Below, piece after piece: positions 18,198 to 27,702 of a DNA stretch of 64,000 nucleotides (its first letter is position 1; every line of letters starts with the position of its first letter). The notes under the pieces are model-generated. The model saw only the letters and a list, made by a program, of their open reading frames with translations. It ran no database searches and was not told the origin of the DNA. This DNA is from an uncultured Alphaproteobacteria bacterium (lineage in GTDB: Bacteria > Pseudomonadota > Alphaproteobacteria > HIMB59 > GCA-002718135). Both the position numbers and the translations under genes were made by a program. The DNA lies in assembly GCA_902582755.1 (NCBI GenBank), contig CACHSZ010000001.1, forward strand, positions 113,774 to 177,773, given 5' to 3'.

Positions 18198-19103
18198 ATG
18201 GCTAAAAAGAAAAATAAAAATCCCATAACAGTGATTGATCTAGGCTCTAACACATTTAGACTAGTTATATATGCGCAAGCTATTCATCCTTTTCCAATAC
18301 TTTATCAAAAAAGAGAATTCTTAAAATTAGGTGAAAGTATTAAAATAGGTAAACTCCCATCGATAAAAATAAAAGAAGCTATAAAATGCTTAGAAGAATA
18401 TATTAAGATTGCAAAAGATTATGAGTCCTTAGATATTCATATAATTGCAACGGCCGCAATTCGTGAAACAATAAATGGAAAAGAAATTATTGAACCCTTC
18501 AAGAAAAAAAAGTCAGTTAGAGTAGAAGTGCTCTCACCAAAAAATGAAGCTAAATGCGGATCTCTAGGTGTAATTAGTTCAATAAAAAATCCAATCGGTT
18601 TAGTTGCTGACTTGGGAGGTGGAAGTTTAGAACTTAGTACTATAAAAAATGAAAACATACTTGAAACTAAAAGTTTAAAAATTGGCATCTTAAGAAGTGA
18701 ATCTGAGATGTACAAAACTACTAAAATTAAATTTGGTAATTTTTTATTTTCTAAATTTAAAAACCAATCTCTTAAATTTTCTAAAAACGTAGGAAATATT
18801 TATGTTATTGGAGGCATGTGGCGCAACCTTGCAAAACTTCATTTGCACCTAAATGGAATCAAGAAAAATAAATTACATGGGTACATGATACCATTTTCAG
18901 AGTTAGAAATATTTTATCACAAATTATACTCTATGGAAAAAAAACAAATTCAAAAATTGAATGTTGTCCAACCCAATCGATTAGATAAATTAAAATTATC
19001 TACATATATTTTATTTAGCCTTGCTTCATTTTATAACATTAAAAATATTATTTTTGTAAGATATGGAATCCGTGAAGGCTACTTGTACGATATGTTGAAC
19101 TAA
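18198..19103 (+). CDS. ppx: Exopolyphosphatase Ppx/GppA family (short form, N-terminal ASKHA domains only)
   Basis: IDLGSNTFRLVI, ATAAIRE, DLGGGSLE, GGMWRNLAK, GIREG; 301 aa. Confidence 0.85.
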   Translation: MAKKKNKNPITVIDLGSNTFRLVIYAQAIHPFPILYQKREFLKLGESIKIGKLPSIKIKEAIKCLEEYIKIAKDYESLDIHIIATAAIRETINGKEIIEPFKKKKSVRVEVLSPKNEAKCGSLGVISSIKNPIGLVADLGGGSLELSTIKNENILETKSLKIGILRSESEMYKTTKIKFGNFLFSKFKNQSLKFSKNVGNIYVIGGMWRNLAKLHLHLNGIKKNKLHGYMIPFSELEIFYHKLYSMEKKQIQKLNVVQPNRLDKLKLSTYILFSLASFYNIKNIIFVRYGIREGYLYDMLN

Positions 19104-19756
19104 TTTTTAAAAAACAATCTAACAATAAATGTAGCAATAAGAGCACCAATAATCTGAGCTAAAATAAAACCTAGAACACTTGATGGACTTATTCCACTAA
19201 AACTATCTGTAAACATTCTTCCTATTGTTACTGCTGGATTTGCAAAACTTGTTGATGAAGTAAACCAATATCCTGCGGTAATAAATAGAGCTACACCAAT
19301 AGCTATTCTTTCCTTGTTTACCTCTTTTAATATAAAAATAGTTAATAATAATCCAACAGTTGCAATTATTTCTGAAAAGAATTTAAATACTCCAACTCTT
19401 TCATTGAGTGACCATTCAATTATAGGATATTCAAAATACCAATTTGCAGTTAAACAACCAAATATACCAGCAATAATCTGAGTAAAAATAAAAATTATTC
19501 CGTAATTAATAGGAATATTTTTTTGGATAATATCACTTAATACAACAGCAGGATTAAAGTACGCTCCTGAGATATTAATAAACATAGAAATAATTACATA
19601 TAAAATGGCACCTGTTGCGATAGTGTTTCCTAGTAATATTATACCAAGATCATTTGACATTAACTCTCCCATAATTCCACTACCTACAACTGTTAGTACA
19701 AGAAAATATGTCCCAATAAATTCTGCTAGTATTTTTTGTCTTAAAGAAAATGTCAC
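19100..19756 (-). CDS. MIP channel, AqpS-like (arsenite-permeable aquaglyceroporin)
   Basis: AEFIGT, VVGSGIMGE, ISGAYFNPAV, YWFTSSTSFANPAVTIGR; two NPA boxes. Confidence 0.85.
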   Translation of the reverse strand: MTFSLRQKILAEFIGTYFLVLTVVGSGIMGELMSNDLGIILLGNTIATGAILYVIISMFINISGAYFNPAVVLSDIIQKNIPINYGIIFIFTQIIAGIFGCLTANWYFEYPIIEWSLNERVGVFKFFSEIIATVGLLLTIFILKEVNKERIAIGVALFITAGYWFTSSTSFANPAVTIGRMFTDSFSGISPSSVLGFILAQIIGALIATFIVRLFFKN

Positions 19757-19776
19757 TATAAAATTACCTTAAATAA

Positions 19777-20778
19777 CTAAACTTTTACCATGAATTCTAA
19801 AAATTCATTCACACATTTGTCCCAAGTTAATTTAAGAGTAAAATTTCTACAATCAACTCTTTTTACTTTAAGTGCCTTCTTAACTGATTGTAACAAGTCA
19901 TTATCTAAAGTGTTAATCTTTTCATCTGTTAATACATCTATGGGCCCGGTTACTGGATATGCAGCAATTGGTGTTCCACTAGCCAATGCTTCAAGTATTA
20001 CATTTCCTAAAGTGTCTGTTTTAGAAGGAAAGACAAATACATCTGCGTTTGCATAATATTTCGCTAGTTCATCTCCAGTTTTTACACCGACAAAATTTAT
20101 TTCAGGATATTTATTAATATATTTTTCTAATTCGGGACCATCACCCACAACAGTTTTATTATAATTTCCTTTAAGTTTTAGAAATTCTTCAATATTTTTT
20201 TCAATTGCTACTCTACCAACATAAGTCAGTTGTCTATCTTTACTGTTTGTGTCTCTTTTATTTGGATTAAATAATTCTGTATCAACACCTCTATTCCAAA
20301 CTACTAAATTTTTAAAATTATATTTTTTTAACTCATTTAGCATTGAAACTGATGGAACAAGAACTCTTTCTGAATCACTATGTAGTCTTCTTAATATGGA
20401 GTATGTAAATCTCTTTGGGATAAAAGCTCTTTGCTTAATGTAGTCAGGAAAACGGGTGTGAAAGGAAGAAGTGTATTGTAGTTTATTTTTAAGACAGTAC
20501 TTACGACCAGCAAAACCTACCGGACCTTCAGTCATTATATGAACAATATCTGGATTAAATTCTTTAAAAAATTTTTCAGTAACTTTTTTAGTATTGTAAG
20601 AAATTTTTATTTCTTTGTACCAAGGATAACTAAAATTATTAAACATCTCAGGATGTAATATTTTAATTTCAAAACCTTTTTTTTCTAGAATAGGTATAAC
20701 GCTTTGAAATGTCGTAACTACGCCATTTACCTGAGGAACCCACGCATCACTAATTAACGCGATTTTTTTAGGCTGCAT
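19777..20778 (-). CDS. agt: GT4 glycosyltransferase, Agt-like glycolipid synthase
   Basis: SDAWVPQVNGVVTT, HIMTEGPVG, FHTRFPDY, VGRVAIEKN, FPSKTDTLG..LEALASG; directly downstream of plcP. Confidence 0.82.
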   Translation of the reverse strand: MQPKKIALISDAWVPQVNGVVTTFQSVIPILEKKGFEIKILHPEMFNNFSYPWYKEIKISYNTKKVTEKFFKEFNPDIVHIMTEGPVGFAGRKYCLKNKLQYTSSFHTRFPDYIKQRAFIPKRFTYSILRRLHSDSERVLVPSVSMLNELKKYNFKNLVVWNRGVDTELFNPNKRDTNSKDRQLTYVGRVAIEKNIEEFLKLKGNYNKTVVGDGPELEKYINKYPEINFVGVKTGDELAKYYANADVFVFPSKTDTLGNVILEALASGTPIAAYPVTGPIDVLTDEKINTLDNDLLQSVKKALKVKRVDCRNFTLKLTWDKCVNEFLEFMVKV

Positions 20779-21580
20779 CCTCTTTTATTTTTCGTCTTTC
20801 TTCAAAAGAAATTAATTTTAATTTTTCTCTTTCTTCGGGCCAATTAAGAATAGATAAATTTCCAATTTCATCTTCAACGAGTGCTGTGCAACTTTCAATC
20901 CAGTCACCATCATTACAATAGAGAACACCATTTAATTCTTTTATTTCAGGTCTATGTATATGCCCGCATACAACAACATCGGCATTTTCTCTTCTTGCCC
21001 TATCAGATACAGCAAACTCAAAATTACTAATAAAGTTCGTTGCATGCTTTGTTTTCTTTTTTAAATATTGAGACAGTGACCAGTAAGATAAGCCCATCTT
21101 TCTTCGAATAAAATTAAATACATTATTTAACTTTAGTAAATATTCATAAAGTGCTGATCCCACTTTGGCTAACCATCTTGCATTAATGATCACAGCATCA
21201 AACTCATCTCCGTGTGTAATCAGTACTTTCCTTCCATCAGCTAATTGATGCGTATCTTCATTTTTGATTGAAATTTCTCCAAAGGAAAAATTTGTAAAAT
21301 CTTTTAATACTTCATCATGATTTCCTGGGATAAGCACTACCTTAGTTCCATTTTTCGCTTTTTTTAAAACTTTTTGAACCACGTCGTTATGTTCTTGAGG
21401 CCAATACATTTTCTTACGCATGCGCCATCCATCAACAATGTCGCCTACTAAAAATAAATATTCTGAATCTGTTTCTTCTAAGAATTCTAAAAGCATTTTG
21501 CTTTTACAACCACTGGTTCCTAGATGGGTATCCGAAATCCAAATTGTGCGGTAAAATTTTTTATTACTTTCAAATTTCAT
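20768..21580 (-). CDS. plcP: Phospholipase C PlcP (LpxH-like metallophosphoesterase) for P-stress lipid remodelling
   Basis: ISDTHLGT, LVGDIVDGW, WPQEHNDVVQK, PGNHDE, HGDEFD, YWSLSQYLK, CGHIH, NDGDWIESCTALVE. Confidence 0.9.
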   Translation of the reverse strand: MKFESNKKFYRTIWISDTHLGTSGCKSKMLLEFLEETDSEYLFLVGDIVDGWRMRKKMYWPQEHNDVVQKVLKKAKNGTKVVLIPGNHDEVLKDFTNFSFGEISIKNEDTHQLADGRKVLITHGDEFDAVIINARWLAKVGSALYEYLLKLNNVFNFIRRKMGLSYWSLSQYLKKKTKHATNFISNFEFAVSDRARRENADVVVCGHIHRPEIKELNGVLYCNDGDWIESCTALVEDEIGNLSILNWPEEREKLKLISFEERRKIKEDAA

Positions 21581-21666
21581 TAATTAAAGATTTGTTCTTA
21601 TACATAAAAGTATCATTTTATAATACAATTTATTATTATATGTGTGTATTGTATAAAAATAACAGT

Positions 21667-22167
21667 ATGACGCAGAAAATTTGGTTTAAAAAAAAATCAC
21701 CCCTTCACGGTTCTGGATTATTTGCAAAAACTAATATTAAAAAAGGCCAGAAAATAATCCAATATATTGGTGATAAAGTTACTAAAAGAGAGGGTGACAA
21801 AAGAGCAGATAAACAAATCCGTAAAGCAAAAAAAGATAAAAATAATGGCATGGTCTATGTTTTTGAACTAAACAAGCGATACGACATTGACGGTGATGTT
21901 GATTATAATTTTGCAAAATTTATTAATCACTCATGTAATCCTAATTGTGAAGTAGACATCATAGATAATGAAATTTGGATTTCTTCCATTAAACGAATAA
22001 AAAAAGGTGCCGAACTTTTTTATAACTATGGTTATCCTTTTGATACAGATTTTGTGGATCACATTTGTAAGTGTGGTTCTAGAAATTGTGTTGGTTATAT
22101 TTTAAGTGATAATGATTGGCCTAAACTAAAAAAATATGAAAAAAAAACTAAGACTAAGTCTAAGTAA
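21667..22167 (+). CDS. SET-domain protein-lysine methyltransferase with a post-SET Zn motif
   Basis: SPLHGSGLFA, FINHSCNPNC, ELFYNYG, CKCGSRNCVG. Start moved to ATG 21667 because the upstream ORF extension overlaps plcP and its promoter. Confidence 0.9.
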   Translation: MTQKIWFKKKSPLHGSGLFAKTNIKKGQKIIQYIGDKVTKREGDKRADKQIRKAKKDKNNGMVYVFELNKRYDIDGDVDYNFAKFINHSCNPNCEVDIIDNEIWISSIKRIKKGAELFYNYGYPFDTDFVDHICKCGSRNCVGYILSDNDWPKLKKYEKKTKTKSK

Positions 22168-23188
22168 GATACCTTCGATTATTATTGCAATTGATACAAA
22201 TAAGGAAATAATTTTTTACAATAATGCAGCTAAACAAAAATTTTTATTTATCGATGAAGGAAGAGATCTCAATAATATTATTAGATCAACAGAGTTAAAT
22301 ACTTTTATTGATAAAGCCTTTAGGGAGAAAGAAGATTTTAAGTTTGAATTCACCCCATCTAATTTTAGTGATATGTATTTTATTGCTGACTTAATATTTG
22401 TTGAAAAAGATTATGAAGAATTATTAATATCACTAAATGATCAAAGTCTTCTTAAAAACTACGAACAAATGCGAACAGATTTTGTGGCTAATGTAAGCCA
22501 TGAATTGAGAACTCCTCTTTCCTCAATTCTAGGCTATGTTGAAACAATTAAAAATTCACTCAATGAAGATAAGACCAATGACAAAACGGTTGGTAAATTT
22601 TTAGACACAATGGAAGATCAGGCTTGGCGTATGACTAGACTAGTTGAAGATTTATTATTACTAAGTAAATATGAGACTGAAGATAAACCTATAGAATTTC
22701 AAGAAGCGAATATAAGGCAATTAATTGAAGGCGTAGTAGATAATTTACAAAACAAGTTAATGGCCAAAAAAATTGAAGTTCAAATCAAGGATGATTTTGA
22801 TAAGTCTACAATATCAGCAAACAAAGATGCTTTGATCCAAGTTTTTTTAAATCTAACTGATAATGCAATTAAATATAGCAGAGAAAATTCTACTATTGAA
22901 ATTGAGCTTGAGAGTGTAATTGATGACAATACCACCTTTTGCCAAATAAGTTTTATAGATAAGGGAGAAGGCATATCGAAAGAGCATTTAACTAGACTTA
23001 CTGAAAGATTTTATAGAGTAGATAAAAATAGATCTCGAAATCAAGGCGGTACGGGTTTGGGTTTATCTATTGTTAAACATATAACTAATAGGCATAATGG
23101 TAAATTATCGATAAAAAGCAAGGTAGATAAGGGTTCAACATTTACTATTTCTTTACCAGTATTTCAGCAAACTGTAATAAATACTTAA
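22136..23188 (+). CDS. phoR: Phosphate regulon sensor histidine kinase (no N-terminal transmembrane segment)
   Basis: PAS-like start, MRTDFVANVSHELRTPL, NLTDNAIKYS, DKGEGI, RLTERFYRVDKNRSR..GGTGLGLSIVKHI; upstream of pstS. Confidence 0.92.
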   Translation: MKKKLRLSLSKIPSIIIAIDTNKEIIFYNNAAKQKFLFIDEGRDLNNIIRSTELNTFIDKAFREKEDFKFEFTPSNFSDMYFIADLIFVEKDYEELLISLNDQSLLKNYEQMRTDFVANVSHELRTPLSSILGYVETIKNSLNEDKTNDKTVGKFLDTMEDQAWRMTRLVEDLLLLSKYETEDKPIEFQEANIRQLIEGVVDNLQNKLMAKKIEVQIKDDFDKSTISANKDALIQVFLNLTDNAIKYSRENSTIEIELESVIDDNTTFCQISFIDKGEGISKEHLTRLTERFYRVDKNRSRNQGGTGLGLSIVKHITNRHNGKLSIKSKVDKGSTFTISLPVFQQTVINT

Positions 23189-23189
23189 T
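23172..23189 (+). promoter_or_regulatory. Pho box upstream of pstS (overlaps the phoR stop)
   Basis: CTGTAAT-AAAT-ACTTAAT, about 43 bp upstream of the likely pstS ATG. Confidence 0.65.
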
Positions 23190-23231
23190 ATATATTCTGT
23201 AAGGACAACCTTATTTTAAATGAGGCTTAAT

Positions 23232-24227
23232 ATGAAAAATGTAATCAAATTAATTGCTGTCCTTGCTTTATTTGGAACTACTTCAGTTTCAGCAAGAGAC
23301 TATATTTCAATTGTAGGATCTTCTACAGTTTATCCTTTCGCTACTTTAGTTGCTGAAAAAATGGCATCAGAAGGAATGAAAGCACCCGTAATTGAATCAA
23401 CTGGTTCTGGTGGAGGACACAAATTATTTTGTGCAGGTGTTGGAGTTGAACATCCAGATATCACTAACTCTTCAAGAGCACAAAAAGATAAAGAATTCAA
23501 ACTTTGCCAAGATGGCGGTGTAACTGATATCATCGAAGTTAGAGTTGGTAATGATGGTATAGCTTTTGCATACGCTGCAGATTATGAATGGAAATATACT
23601 AACGGTGCTACAATGAAAGGTGGCATTGATTTAACTAAAGAAGAAATCTGGCAGGCAATGGCTAGAGATAATACAAATGCTCCAACAACTTGGTATGAAA
23701 TAGATAAAAGATTACCAAAAGTTGAAATTTCTATCATGGCACCTCCTCCAACTTCTGGAACAAGAGATGCATTTGACTCACTTGTAATGAAAAAGGGTTG
23801 TGTTAAAGATATGTTAGTTGCTGACGGTGATTGTCAAGCGTATCGTGAAGATGGCCATGTTATTGAAGGTGGTGAAAATGATGAACTGTATGTTGAGCAT
23901 ATAACTAAAGAACAAGGTGCATTCGGTATCTTTGGTTATAGTTTTGTATCTAATAATTCTGATAAAGTTAAAGCGTCAATGATTAACGGTGTTGAAATCT
24001 CTATGGAAGGTATCCAAGATTATTCATATCCAATAGCAAGACCTTTATTCTTCTACATTAAAAAAGCACACATTGGTGTTATTCCTGGTTTAATGGATTA
24101 TGTTAATGAGTTTGTAAGTGAAGAAGCAACAGAAGGTTACTTACTAGATGCTGGACTTGTTCAACTAAGTCCTGAGGATAGAGCAACTGTTCTTGATGCT
24201 ATTTCTAATCAAACAAATTATAAATAA
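23232..24227 (+). CDS. pstS: Phosphate ABC transporter substrate-binding protein
   Basis: Signal peptide, IVGSSTVYPF, ESTGSGGG, NSSR, PPPTSGTRDAF, YPIARPLFFY; ATG 23232 is preceded by GAGG (ORF track start 23220). Confidence 0.95.
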   Translation: MKNVIKLIAVLALFGTTSVSARDYISIVGSSTVYPFATLVAEKMASEGMKAPVIESTGSGGGHKLFCAGVGVEHPDITNSSRAQKDKEFKLCQDGGVTDIIEVRVGNDGIAFAYAADYEWKYTNGATMKGGIDLTKEEIWQAMARDNTNAPTTWYEIDKRLPKVEISIMAPPPTSGTRDAFDSLVMKKGCVKDMLVADGDCQAYREDGHVIEGGENDELYVEHITKEQGAFGIFGYSFVSNNSDKVKASMINGVEISMEGIQDYSYPIARPLFFYIKKAHIGVIPGLMDYVNEFVSEEATEGYLLDAGLVQLSPEDRATVLDAISNQTNYK

Positions 24228-24249
24228 AAATCTTAAATTTTTATAAAAT

Positions 24250-24275
24250 GGGGGCATACAAGCCCCCTTTTTTTT
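24250..24275 (+). terminator. Intrinsic terminator-like hairpin between pstS and pstC
   Basis: GGGGGC-ATACAA-GCCCCC followed by T8. Confidence 0.85.
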
Positions 24276-24290
24276 AATACTAAGTTATAA

Positions 24291-25664
24291 ATGTTTTTTT
24301 GGTCTTTAGTTTTAATTGCAGTCGGAATTTTCTCATCCTTTATATACGGAAGATCAAGAATTAAATTAAATTCTAAAAAACAAGGTACGAAAAGCAAATC
24401 TCTTCCCAATTATTACGCACAATACGTTTTAATGTGGTGTTTGTTTCCTGCACTAATTGTTTATTTTTCATGGGCTATTTTTCAAGAACAGATTATTCAA
24501 AACATAGTTATTAGTAACTTTGAATTTATTGAGGGCGCAGTTTACAACGAAGGATTATTGTTAGCAGAGATTAGAAATGTTGCTAATAACCCTTCTTTTG
24601 CTGATGGTAAATCTATAGAAATAATTAATGCTGCATCTCATTATTCTTCCTTAAGACAAATAAGTCAAATATCTTTTTATACCTCAATAATCATTATAAT
24701 GTTACTTGGAGCCTTATACGCTTCACAAAAATTAAAACCAGAATTTCATGCTCAACATACAATTGAAAAATATATTCAATATATACTTATATTTTGTTCA
24801 TCTGTTGCTATTTTCACAACAATAGGAATAGTTTTTTCACTAATATTTGAAAGCCTTCGCTTTTTTGCAGAAGTATCAATATTTGAATTTTTATTTAGTA
24901 CTGAGTGGTATCCTTTTATTCCAATTAGAGAAGGTCAAACAGCTGCAGAGGGATCCTTTGGTGCAGTACCAATATTTGCTGGAACATTTTTAGTAATGGT
25001 AGTAGCCATGTGTGTTGCGGTACCTCTTGGATTATTAACAGCAATTTATTTAGCAGAATACGCAAGTCAAAGAGTTAGAAAAATAGTTAAACCTCTTCTC
25101 GAAATTTTGGCAGGAATACCAACAATAGTCTACGGGTTCTTTGCTTTTGTTAGTGTTGCACCTTTCGTTAAAGCATTTGGACAATCAATTGGAATTGATG
25201 CTTCACCAACAAGCGCCCTTGCAGCCGGCATGGTAATGGGGGTTATGATTATTCCTTTTATTTCTTCTTTATCTGATGATGTAATAAACTCTGTCCCACA
25301 AAGTCTAAGGGAAGCATCTCTTGGTATTGGCGCTAATAAAGCAGAAACTATTAAAAAAGTAATTTTACCAGCAGCTTTACCTGGAATTGTTGGAGCATTT
25401 TTATTAGCAATATCCAGAGCGATAGGGGAGACTATGATTGTTGTAGTTGCAGCAGGCACAGCCCCCAATCTTACGGGCAATCCTTTTGAAAATGTAACAA
25501 CAGTTACAGTTCAAATTGTTGTGGCCTTAATAGGTGATCAAGAATTTGATAACCCAAGAACATTATCAGCATTTGCTTTAGGATTAGTTTTATTTGTTAT
25601 TACATTATTTCTTAACATTATAGCTCTACAAATAGTAAAGAGATACAGGGAGCGTTATGAATAA
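24291..25664 (+). CDS. pstC: Phosphate ABC transporter permease
   Basis: FGAVPIFAGT, AIYLAEYA, KPLLEILAGIPTIVYGFFA, SRAIGETM. Confidence 0.95.
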   Translation: MFFWSLVLIAVGIFSSFIYGRSRIKLNSKKQGTKSKSLPNYYAQYVLMWCLFPALIVYFSWAIFQEQIIQNIVISNFEFIEGAVYNEGLLLAEIRNVANNPSFADGKSIEIINAASHYSSLRQISQISFYTSIIIIMLLGALYASQKLKPEFHAQHTIEKYIQYILIFCSSVAIFTTIGIVFSLIFESLRFFAEVSIFEFLFSTEWYPFIPIREGQTAAEGSFGAVPIFAGTFLVMVVAMCVAVPLGLLTAIYLAEYASQRVRKIVKPLLEILAGIPTIVYGFFAFVSVAPFVKAFGQSIGIDASPTSALAAGMVMGVMIIPFISSLSDDVINSVPQSLREASLGIGANKAETIKKVILPAALPGIVGAFLLAISRAIGETMIVVVAAGTAPNLTGNPFENVTTVTVQIVVALIGDQEFDNPRTLSAFALGLVLFVITLFLNIIALQIVKRYRERYE

Positions 25665-26937
25665 TTCTATTGCTAAAGAAAAAATTATTTCTTTGAGAAA
25701 AAAGAGAAGTTTAGAAGATATGCGATTTAAGTATTACGGCTTCACAGCTATGTGCTTATCTTTAGCAGTTTTAGTTTTTCTTTTGTATACAATATTTTCT
25801 AAAGGATACACTGCTTTTCAAAAAACAATTGTTCTCCTAGAAGTTGATTATAATCAAGAGGTTTTAAAACTAACACCTGACTCTTCAGATGAAGATATGG
25901 AAAAAGGAAAATTTTTTAGAGTTAAAAAACAGGCTATTGAAAATTTTTTCCCTGATCTCTCAAAATCAGATATTAAATTAGTAAAAAAATTATTTTCTAT
26001 AAATGTAGATAAGGAAATTAAAGACTACTTCTTAGATAATCCTGAAGTTATTAATACTAAGCAACAAATTTGGGTAACTGCCCATAGTGATGTGGATCAA
26101 CTATTAAAAGGTAATTTAAGAAGGGATGTGCCAGAAGATAGAAGAAAATTAAATGATATTCAATTAAGTTATGTTGATCAATTAGTTGAAGAAAATAGAG
26201 TTAAACAAGTTTTTAATAATTTCTTTTTTACTAAAGCAGATTCAAGGCATCCTGAAATTGCTGGTGTAGCTGGTTCATTTATGGGATCATTATTTACTCT
26301 TTTTACTGTTTTTATTTTATCTTTTCCAATTGCTATAGGAGCGTCTGTTTATCTTGAGGAATTTGCTCCAAAAAATAGAATAACTGAATTAATAGAAGTA
26401 AATATTTCAAATCTAGCAGCAGTCCCATCAATAGTTTTTGGACTACTTGGGTTGGGGGTATTGCTTAATGTTTTTGGTCTTCCAAGGAGTACACCGTTAG
26501 TTGGAGGGTCCGTATTAGCATTAATGACTTTACCAACCATTATCATTGCCTGCCGAGCTTCATTGAAAGCTGTTCCTCCTTCAATTAAAGAAGGAGCACT
26601 TGCAGTTGGAGCAACAAAAACACAAGCGGTATTTCATCATGTCGTACCCCTTGCACTACCAGGGACTTTAACAGGGACTATTATTGGATTAGCACAAGCA
26701 TTAGGAGAAACAGCACCACTAATAATGATTGGCATGATTGCATTTATTCCTAATATTCCAACTGGTTTAACAGAACCTTCAGCAGCACTACCTGTTCAAA
26801 TATATCTTTGGGTGGAAAGTGCAGAAAGAGGTTTTCAAGAAAAATCAGCTGCAGCCATAATGGTAATTTTAATATTTTTGTTTATGATGAATGCCATTGC
26901 AGTGTTCTTAAGAAATAGATTTGAAAGGAAGTGGTAA
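25657..26937 (+). CDS. pstA: Phosphate ABC transporter permease
   Basis: YLEEFAP, NLAAVPSIVFGLLGL, ALGETAPL, RNRFERKW. Confidence 0.95.
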   Translation: MNNSIAKEKIISLRKKRSLEDMRFKYYGFTAMCLSLAVLVFLLYTIFSKGYTAFQKTIVLLEVDYNQEVLKLTPDSSDEDMEKGKFFRVKKQAIENFFPDLSKSDIKLVKKLFSINVDKEIKDYFLDNPEVINTKQQIWVTAHSDVDQLLKGNLRRDVPEDRRKLNDIQLSYVDQLVEENRVKQVFNNFFFTKADSRHPEIAGVAGSFMGSLFTLFTVFILSFPIAIGASVYLEEFAPKNRITELIEVNISNLAAVPSIVFGLLGLGVLLNVFGLPRSTPLVGGSVLALMTLPTIIIACRASLKAVPPSIKEGALAVGATKTQAVFHHVVPLALPGTLTGTIIGLAQALGETAPLIMIGMIAFIPNIPTGLTEPSAALPVQIYLWVESAERGFQEKSAAAIMVILIFLFMMNAIAVFLRNRFERKW

Positions 26938-26940
26938 AAC

Positions 26941-27702
26941 ATGAGTAACTCTAAAATATTGGCAAATGGTGTAGATGTATATTATGGATCCAAACAAGCC
27001 CTTTTTGGAATCTCAATGGATATCAAGGAGAAAGAAGTTACGGCATTAATCGGTCCTTCAGGATGTGGTAAATCAACTTTCTTAAGATGTATAAACAGAA
27101 TGAATGATTTAATTGAAATATGTAAAGTATCGGGATCAATAAAAGTAGATAACGAAGAAATTATTAGTGAAAAAACCGATGTTGTAAGTCTAAGATCTAA
27201 AATTGGAATGGTATTTCAAAAACCAAATCCTTTTCCTAAATCTATTTTTGATAATGTTGCTTATGGCCCAACTATACATGGTTTAGTTGACTCAAAAAAT
27301 GAATTAGAAGAAATTGTACATTCATCATTAAAAAAGGCAGGTCTATTTGATGAAGTAAAAGATCGATTAAATGAACCTGGAACAAGTTTATCAGGCGGTC
27401 AACAACAACGATTATGTATTGCAAGAGCAATTGCTGTTAATCCTGAAATAATCCTAATGGATGAACCTTGCTCTGCTTTAGATCCAATAGCAACTGCTAT
27501 TATAGAAGAATTAATTGATGAGTTAAGATTAAACTATACAATTATTATAGTAACTCATTCTATGCAACAGGCAGCCAGGGTTTCGCAGAAAACATGTTTC
27601 TTCCATTTAGGAGAATTAATAGAAACGGGTGAGACAAACAAAATTTTTACAAATCCTGATAATACAAAAACACAGGATTACATTACAGGGAGATTTGGAT
27701 AA
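26941..27702 (+). CDS. pstB: Phosphate ABC transporter ATP-binding protein
   Basis: [52 protein letters not shown]. Confidence 0.97.
   Translation: MSNSKILANGVDVYYGSKQALFGISMDIKEKEVTALIGPSGCGKSTFLRCINRMNDLIEICKVSGSIKVDNEEIISEKTDVVSLRSKIGMVFQKPNPFPKSIFDNVAYGPTIHGLVDSKNELEEIVHSSLKKAGLFDEVKDRLNEPGTSLSGGQQQRLCIARAIAVNPEIILMDEPCSALDPIATAIIEELIDELRLNYTIIIVTHSMQQAARVSQKTCFFHLGELIETGETNKIFTNPDNTKTQDYITGRFG

Noticed and set aside
21544-21666. N-terminal extension of the SET ORF
   Set aside because: It overlaps the start of plcP and the shared promoter region and is low-complexity; the SET domain begins right after ATG 21667.
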